From Promethearchaeota archaeon (GTDB lineage: Archaea > Asgardarchaeota > Lokiarchaeia > Sigyniarchaeales > SOKP01): DNA of 21,953 nt. Both the position numbers and the translations under genes were made by a program. The stretch is from NCBI GenBank assembly GCA_016930515.1, contig JAFGGO010000012.1, forward strand, positions 1 through 21,953, given 5' to 3'. This document shows positions 16,803 to 21,953 of this stretch, piece by piece (within the stretch, counting starts at the first letter, position 1; the number at the start of each line of letters is the position of its first letter). Below the pieces are notes generated by a model that ran no database searches, was not told where the DNA came from, and saw nothing but the letters and a program-made list of their open reading frames with translations.

Positions 16803-17171
16803 GTGAATATCAAAGAACTAAGATCATTATTTCTAGAAGAATTTGAGAATCATTTGGATAAGCTTGATGATTTATTGAAAGAAATCCAGTTAGAGTCAAT
16901 TAATCAAGACAAAATTAAGGAATGTAAAATTCTCTTCCATACTATGAAGGGTGATTCTGGTGTTGTCGGAGCGAAAAATCTATACAATTACTGTGCACTT
17001 TTAGAAGTTTTTTTTATAAAAATAAACACCGTTGAAATAGGTTCTTATTTAAAAATATTAACTGATGTTTCTAAAGAACTTCGAGATTTCTTACAAAAAA
17101 GCACTAAGAACGAACCAGTTGATTTGGAAGAGACAAGGATTAAGCGTTTACAAGATTTACTAAAGTTTTAA
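16803..17171 (+). CDS. Stand-alone histidine phosphotransfer (Hpt) domain protein
   Basis: ELRSLFLEE...HL..L...L followed by LFHTMKGDSGVVGA..L...C..LE, the Hpt/CheA-P1 HxxKG motif. GTG at 16803 or TTG at 16794. Confidence 0.85.
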   Translation: MNIKELRSLFLEEFENHLDKLDDLLKEIQLESINQDKIKECKILFHTMKGDSGVVGAKNLYNYCALLEVFFIKINTVEIGSYLKILTDVSKELRDFLQKSTKNEPVDLEETRIKRLQDLLKF

Positions 17172-17303
17172 CAAAATTCTATTTTTTTAGCTTCAATGAG
17201 TTTAATCGAATCGTCTTGGTTGTTTTACTCACCCCTTATTTCATATTTTTTTGCCTTAATCTATAGCCTTTTTACGATCTACCCTGTATGCAAAAAACAA
17301 TAT

Positions 17304-17440
17304 AAATCCATTGGATTTTTTTTAATTCACTTATTTTGATTTTTTTTCCTGTTTTTATTCAGTTATTTTGTTCTTATAAAGTAAAAGCCTCTTATATTGA
17401 AAGATTATGGATTTTACTTATCAAATCCATTTTGATAAGT
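17304..17440. promoter_or_regulatory. Cluster of inverted repeats upstream of MarR gene (candidate operator)
   Basis: AAATCCA-T-TGGATTT (17304-17318); ATGGATTT-N8-AAATCCAT (17407-17430); ACTTATCAAA-TCCAT-TTTGATAAGT (17416-17440). Confidence 0.5.
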
Positions 17441-17562
17441 GGTTAATTTCCAATAAATCGATTTTAGAAAATTTGAAAATATATTCCATACTTTTTAGAA
17501 AATCTCTTTAATAAATTATTTTAAAACCCTTGCATTTTAAAATATTTGAAAAAGGGAAATAA

Positions 17563-18018
17563 TTGGTGAAAAAAATTAAGGAAGAAGATAAAATTGAGAT
17601 ACCTCAGTTATTTGTGCTTTTCTCGATGGCTCTCACGAGAGATGTCGTGGATTATGAATATGATGGATTGAATATCGGGCGAAATATCTTCACTATTAAT
17701 TACATTGGATATAGAAAAGAATGTACTATGGGAGAGCTCTGTAATTATTTAAATATTCAACCAAGCACAGCAACAAGGCAGATCGACAAGCTAGTCGATA
17801 AGTGGAAAGTTTTAAATAGAAATTTTTCAGATAAGGATAGAAGAAATGTTTTACTTACTTTATCAACTAAGGGTTTAAAGATATACAAGCATCACATTGA
17901 ACTTCAACAAAAATTTATCCATTCCCTGTTTGTAAGATTTTCACCCAATGAAGTAAATACATTGGTCAATATAATGAAGGAAATAACTAAATACGATTTA
18001 AAAGCACTTGTGGATTAA
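17563..18018 (+). CDS. MarR family transcriptional regulator
   Basis: TMGELCNYLNIQPSTATRQIDKLV....LNR..SDKDRRNVLLTLSTKG (wHTH with DRR wing motif) and FSPNEVNTLVNIM. Start is TTG 17563 or GTG 17566. Confidence 0.9.
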   Translation: MVKKIKEEDKIEIPQLFVLFSMALTRDVVDYEYDGLNIGRNIFTINYIGYRKECTMGELCNYLNIQPSTATRQIDKLVDKWKVLNRNFSDKDRRNVLLTLSTKGLKIYKHHIELQQKFIHSLFVRFSPNEVNTLVNIMKEITKYDLKALVD

Positions 18019-19276
18019 TATCTTGCATTTCAACTTGCCCCGGAATAATAGAATTCGGTCCGCTAAATATATATGCAATTATAGTTGCAATTCCCGCGGG
18101 GATAAATAAAAAAGGTTCCCAAGTCATCTCAACAATTATGATGATTGCCGTAATTGGATTGTTAAGTGCGGCTCCGACAGCAACCGAAGCGCCTAATACT
18201 GCAAATAATTCAGGTGCTTCTTGATAAAAAAGTTCTCCGAAAAGACTTCCAACTAACGCACCGAATAACATCAAGGGAAGAATGATCCCCGAACTATTGT
18301 AAAATCCTATAGAAAGGGCCATTGCTCCCAGGAATAAAAAGATATAAATTAAAAAATGAATTGCTGTTATTGATTCTAATGAAGTTATAATGTAGGATAA
18401 GAACATGACATCTGGTCCAATTAACAATCTTTGGTGTTCATTCTGAATTATTGGAATTATAAATAAGAGAAATGCACCGTAAATTACAGCTCCAATAAGT
18501 GGTAACATCCAATAGAAAGACTTTGCCATGGAATACGATTTTATCCTTCTCATACTACCTCTCATCACATATTTTACTACTAAAATGAATATTCCCATAA
18601 AAATACCAAAAATAATCAACAAGGGAATTAATCCTAAATAGTTTTCAAACGATGCATCAACTAGTTCCGCTCTGAATAGTGGTCCGAATCCAAAAAAAGA
18701 ACAAAAAATTAAATACGCGATCGAGGATGAAATAAGCGAGGGTAACAACGAACGATATCGAATATAGTTCGAATAAGGAAGTTCTGCACAAAAAAGGGCA
18801 CCACTAATGGGTGTTTTTAGAATTGCGCCCGTACATGCGCTTGCACCAATAAAATAGAAATCCAACGCATTTAATTGATTGTTCTTGACTTTTTTAGATA
18901 TGATATATCCTAAATTTGCACCAATCAATAGTCCTGGGCCTTCCTTTCCACACAGCATTCCAGAACCGAATGTCCAAGATGTTGCAAAGGTCTTTCCAAT
19001 TAAAATTGGCAATCTATCATAGTCTCCCTCGCTTTTATTCACTTCTTCGATGTATTCTACACCTCCCGTACCCATTATTCGATTCATTTTTCTTTTTTGC
19101 CATGCTCTCACTATAAATGATGTCATTGCGCCTGCAATTATAGGCGAAAAAAAATATGGTACGAAAGAAAAGCACCATTTAAAAAAGATTAATAAATAAT
19201 TAAATCCGACCATGACAATACCGCAAATGATGCCCATTACAGAAGATAACATTAAGATCTCAAAATATTTATACAT
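17987..19276 (-). CDS. ClC (EriC) family chloride channel/transporter, no CBS domains
   Basis: GSGMLCGKEGP (gating Glu), GASACTGAILKTPISGALFCAEL, GIILPLMLFGALVG, NNPITAIIIIVEMT and many TM helices. The frame stays open upstream of ATG 19276 to 19375. Confidence 0.9.
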   Translation of the reverse strand: MYKYFEILMLSSVMGIICGIVMVGFNYLLIFFKWCFSFVPYFFSPIIAGAMTSFIVRAWQKRKMNRIMGTGGVEYIEEVNKSEGDYDRLPILIGKTFATSWTFGSGMLCGKEGPGLLIGANLGYIISKKVKNNQLNALDFYFIGASACTGAILKTPISGALFCAELPYSNYIRYRSLLPSLISSSIAYLIFCSFFGFGPLFRAELVDASFENYLGLIPLLIIFGIFMGIFILVVKYVMRGSMRRIKSYSMAKSFYWMLPLIGAVIYGAFLLFIIPIIQNEHQRLLIGPDVMFLSYIITSLESITAIHFLIYIFLFLGAMALSIGFYNSSGIILPLMLFGALVGSLFGELFYQEAPELFAVLGASVAVGAALNNPITAIIIIVEMTWEPFLFIPAGIATIIAYIFSGPNSIIPGQVEMQDINPQVLLNRI

Positions 19277-19365
19277 CCAATATGCGTGTTGCGTTAATGG
19301 ATTGTTTTTCTTAGATTTTTGAGTATTTTGATTGTCCTTATGCTCGACGATAATAATTCTCCCCC

Positions 19366-19926
19366 TTATAACATGTCATTTGGATTCGATAAACGACTTA
19401 AATGAGGATTTTTAACCATTTCTTTTATCAATTTTACGACTTCTGAAGGCGTTTGTGCCTCGTGGATTTTATCGTTTCTACGGTCGTCAATTTTCTTCCC
19501 TGCCATCTCAGAAGACCATCCTCCCACTCCTGTTAAAGCAATAATTGGTTTTTGGTACAACCATGCCAAGGCTATTTCCGTCAATGTACCCGCCTTCCCT
19601 GCAATTGCCACAACAGCATCTCCGCTTAATACGACGACTATATTTCGAGCTTGAGAAAAAGGAACGGGTATTGCAATATCCACATATTTGTTTGCGGCGC
19701 TTTTCGATTTATAAGGAATGATACCTATGGTAAAACCATTTTCTTTCTTGGCTCCCTTGCAAACCGCTTCCATTACGCCAGATAATCCTCCACAAGATAC
19801 CGCGTAATTGTTCTTAGCGAGTAATTCTCCGATTTCTTCCGCTTTTTTATAGGTCTCTTGTTCCACTTCGCTAGCGCCGATGATAGATATAATTCCTTTA
19901 AATCTTGTTTTAAAATCAAAACTCAT
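19366..19926 (-). CDS. TIGR00725 family LOG/SLOG-fold nucleotide-binding protein
   Basis: ISIIGAS...AEEIGELLA....VSCGGLSGVMEAVCKGAK..GFTIGIIP....ANKYVDI.I.....ARNIVVVLSGDAVVAIAGKAGTLTEIALA. Confidence 0.9.
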   Translation of the reverse strand: MSFDFKTRFKGIISIIGASEVEQETYKKAEEIGELLAKNNYAVSCGGLSGVMEAVCKGAKKENGFTIGIIPYKSKSAANKYVDIAIPVPFSQARNIVVVLSGDAVVAIAGKAGTLTEIALAWLYQKPIIALTGVGGWSSEMAGKKIDDRRNDKIHEAQTPSEVVKLIKEMVKNPHLSRLSNPNDML

Positions 19927-20041
19927 GATAAATAGTATATAAAATTTAGGTGCTTTTATGGTTTATCATGAAAATTTGAGTTATAATTGATGAGAAAAAT
20001 AAATAAAATAATTAAAAAAGTAAAAATTTGGAACAATTACA

Positions 20042-20602
20042 TTATTCTTGTCGTTTTTAAGCGAAAATCACGAGGCATAAAACGATGCCAATGGCATCAA
20101 CGGCGAAAATCAAATCGTAACCAAGAATGCTCATATCGGTTGTAACTCACCAGAAATATAGCTCCAAGAACCTAACTTAATTATAATCGTAGGATCATTA
20201 TTTTCTAGTAAAATACCTGTATCCCTATCATACACCTTGTTTACCACAGTAAGTGTATCGAATTCTCTTCCAGCGTATGTATTATTTCTAGTTATTTCCC
20301 CCCGTTTCTAAAGCTGTATACATTAGATCACTAATTATATATACATTACTTATTATCCTATCATTTTCTATGAGAATACTATTTCTATATACATCTGCAA
20401 TAAAATTTGCTATATTATTATCGGGCACCGTTTCAATTAAGATTCCAAAAGTGCGTGTTATGCCATTATATATGCTATTATAAGCTCAAGAATCATTAAC
20501 GCCAACAAGATAGGCTGCGTGTGCATTCACAAGCAGTAAACTTAAACTATGGAAGATTCTAAGGAAAACACTAATGTAATTATTATTTTATTTCTTGAAC
20601 AT
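20042..20602 (-). pseudogene. Degraded gene for a secreted surface protein with a Loki-CTERM-like C-terminal anchor
   Basis: Stitched translation: MFKK*NNNYISVFLRIFHSLSLLLVNAHAAYLVGVNDS*AYNSIYNGITRTFGILIETVPDNNIANFIADVYRNSILIENDRIISNVYIISDLMYTALETG / EITRNNTYAGREFDTLTVVNKVYDRDTGILLENNDPTIIIKLGSWSYISGELQ / DMSILGYDLIFAVDAIGIVLCLVIFA*KRQE*. Stops at 20588-20590, 20486-20488 and 20057-20059; frameshifts near the C6 run (20298-20303) and near 20135-20145. Confidence 0.72.
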
Positions 20603-20738
20603 TTTATTTTTTTGTCTTTTTTTAATTAATTTTTAAAACGAGAAAGGAATTTAGATTCTAAGAATGGTTTAAATCTATATTTTAGATTAAAAAACACTTT
20701 TCCTCATTCTAAGTTGAATAGAAATCCGAAATTTAAAT

Positions 20739-20768
20739 CACATTTAAAATTAAAATATTTTAAATGTG
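20739..20768. repeat. 12-bp perfect inverted repeat downstream of hom (hairpin or operator)
   Basis: CACATTTAAAAT (20739-20750), 6-nt spacer, ATTTTAAATGTG (20757-20768). Confidence 0.55.
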
Positions 20769-20806
20769 GAATAAAATTTTATATTCTATTTTTCCAATTT
20801 TTTTAA

Positions 20807-21808
20807 TCAATAATTTAGGGATATATTTATCATATCGTTCAACACAGCTGAAGCCGCCTCAAATCCCCCAGCACCGCGTCCCATAAGAATGATGGGTCCT
20901 GCGTGTTTTGTCTGAAGTTCAATTACATTGAGTGTGCCCGAAATATTAAGCGGGTTATTGATCTCGACTAATCTTGGTTCGACAACGAGCTTATCGTTCT
21001 CTGTAATTGCCAGATGTTTTATGACATAACCTTCCGTCTTGGCAAGATCGATGGAATGAGCCGTGATGTTTGTTATTCCCTTAATTTGCACATCCTTTAT
21101 CGTTTTGGACCATCCGAGGAGTTCATTCGCCAAGATGACGAGCTTTCCTGCAGCGTCGTATCCTTCGATATCCAAGGTAGGATCTGCCTCTGCATATCCC
21201 AATTCTTGGGCTTCTTTTAAAGCAACATCGAATTGAACTCCTTCGGCAGACATTCGACTAAGAATATAGTTGCATGTGCCATTTAGAATGGCTCTTATAC
21301 CCGTTATGGTATTGCCAACTAAAGCTTCTCTCATAGATAAAATGGGAACGCAACTTGCAACTGTACCCTCATATCTGACTTGACATCCGTTTTCTTGGGC
21401 CAAGTCTTTTATTTTTTGGTATTGCAAGTAAAAGGGTCCCTTGTTTGAGGCAACCACATTGATGTTATTGCTTAAAGCTCCCACTATGGTGCTAAGAGCA
21501 GGTTCTCCCGTCTCCGGGTTGGTGGGCGTCGTTTCAACGATGATATCAAGATCCAATTGGGTGATATGGTCTAAGATTTTTATTCCCAACTTCCACGATT
21601 TGGAGTTCCTAAAATTTACTCCCATTTGATCAATCTGTTCGATATCCAATCCTTCTTCGTCTATCAAGGCCCCATCGAATTCAAAAATCGCAACGAATTT
21701 GTATGCAATCCCGAACTTGTCTTTTATTTCTTTTCTCTTTTCAATTAACAATTTTAACAACGATGAGCCGACAGTTCCCTTTCCTATCAGGCATACTTTT
21801 TGTTCCAT
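20807..21808 (-). CDS. hom: Homoserine dehydrogenase (short form, no ACT domain)
   Basis: CLIGKGTVG Rossmann motif, VVASNKGP, YEGTVASCVP, ILNGTCNYILSRM, AQELGYAEADPTLDIEGYDAAGKLVILAN, GRGAGGFEAASAVLND. ATG at 21808 preferred over TTG at 21817. Confidence 0.95.
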   Translation of the reverse strand: MEQKVCLIGKGTVGSSLLKLLIEKRKEIKDKFGIAYKFVAIFEFDGALIDEEGLDIEQIDQMGVNFRNSKSWKLGIKILDHITQLDLDIIVETTPTNPETGEPALSTIVGALSNNINVVASNKGPFYLQYQKIKDLAQENGCQVRYEGTVASCVPILSMREALVGNTITGIRAILNGTCNYILSRMSAEGVQFDVALKEAQELGYAEADPTLDIEGYDAAGKLVILANELLGWSKTIKDVQIKGITNITAHSIDLAKTEGYVIKHLAITENDKLVVEPRLVEINNPLNISGTLNVIELQTKHAGPIILMGRGAGGFEAASAVLNDMINISLNY

Positions 21809-21953
21809 GATGTTCAACGAAATTCTAATTATCTAGATTAATAAAAGTAATTATTGCAGTATATAAAGTACTAAACCATAAAAAGATTAGATACTATTAA
21901 CGGATTTAGCATTGGTTCAAAATTCAATTATTGTTTTATTATTATTCCCTTAT

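Noticed and set aside
17172-17300. Possible minus-strand micro-ORF or gene remnant after the Hpt gene
   Set aside because: Only ~20 codons, no convincing start context and no recognisable similarity.
17987-19276. CLC-F fluoride exporter with a fluoride riboswitch
   Set aside because: Lacks the GREGT/GEVTP signatures, and no riboswitch-like sequence is visible upstream.
20042-20602. Stop-codon recoding (Sec/Pyl or alternative code) to rescue the disrupted ORF
   Set aside because: The disruptions are mixed (TAA, TGA and two frameshifts) and other genes read normally in the standard code, so decay is the simpler explanation.
2435-21629. Remaining short (60-83 aa) ORFs nested in or antisense to assigned genes
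   Set aside because: All overlap better-supported CDSs and show no recognisable motifs.
1-21953. CRISPR arrays, tRNA/rRNA genes, IS elements, integrases
   Set aside because: No regularly spaced direct repeats, no GC-rich structured RNA segments in the intergenic gaps and no transposase/integrase motifs were seen by eye.

Overview
AT-rich, gene-dense chromosomal window with archaeal-style gene content. It most likely comes from an Asgard archaeon (Lokiarchaeia/Promethearchaeota-like), inferred from ribosomal protein L13e, several longin/roadblock proteins, two Rag/Arf-like small GTPases and a decayed gene ending in a Loki-CTERM-like tail. Housekeeping and metabolic genes: a 5'-truncated K+-independent membrane pyrophosphatase, pirin, a YkgJ Cys-cluster protein, a Trm9-like methyltransferase, an L13e-HhH fusion, threonine synthase, homoserine dehydrogenase, a ClC family protein, a TIGR00725/LOG-fold protein, MarR and an orphan Hpt protein. 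The most striking part is a minus-strand set at 8130-15219: a longin + winged-helix protein, a longin-GTPase-roadblock fusion, a Zn-ribbon/disordered/roadblock protein and a second Rag-like GTPase-roadblock. The longin domain of the fusion carries FFLIADDQARG, resembling the folliculin/SMCR8 arginine-finger loop. Together these look like a candidate prokaryotic Rag/Ragulator/GAP-type switch, possibly with the GAP fused to its GTPase. Not in the ORF track: a 35-aa membrane peptide (12712-12819), a multiply disrupted surface-protein pseudogene (20042-20602), candidate ATA/ATT starts behind SD motifs, and several inverted repeats. No rRNA, tRNA, CRISPR array or mobile element was recognised. All family assignments come from motif recognition by eye; no searches were run.
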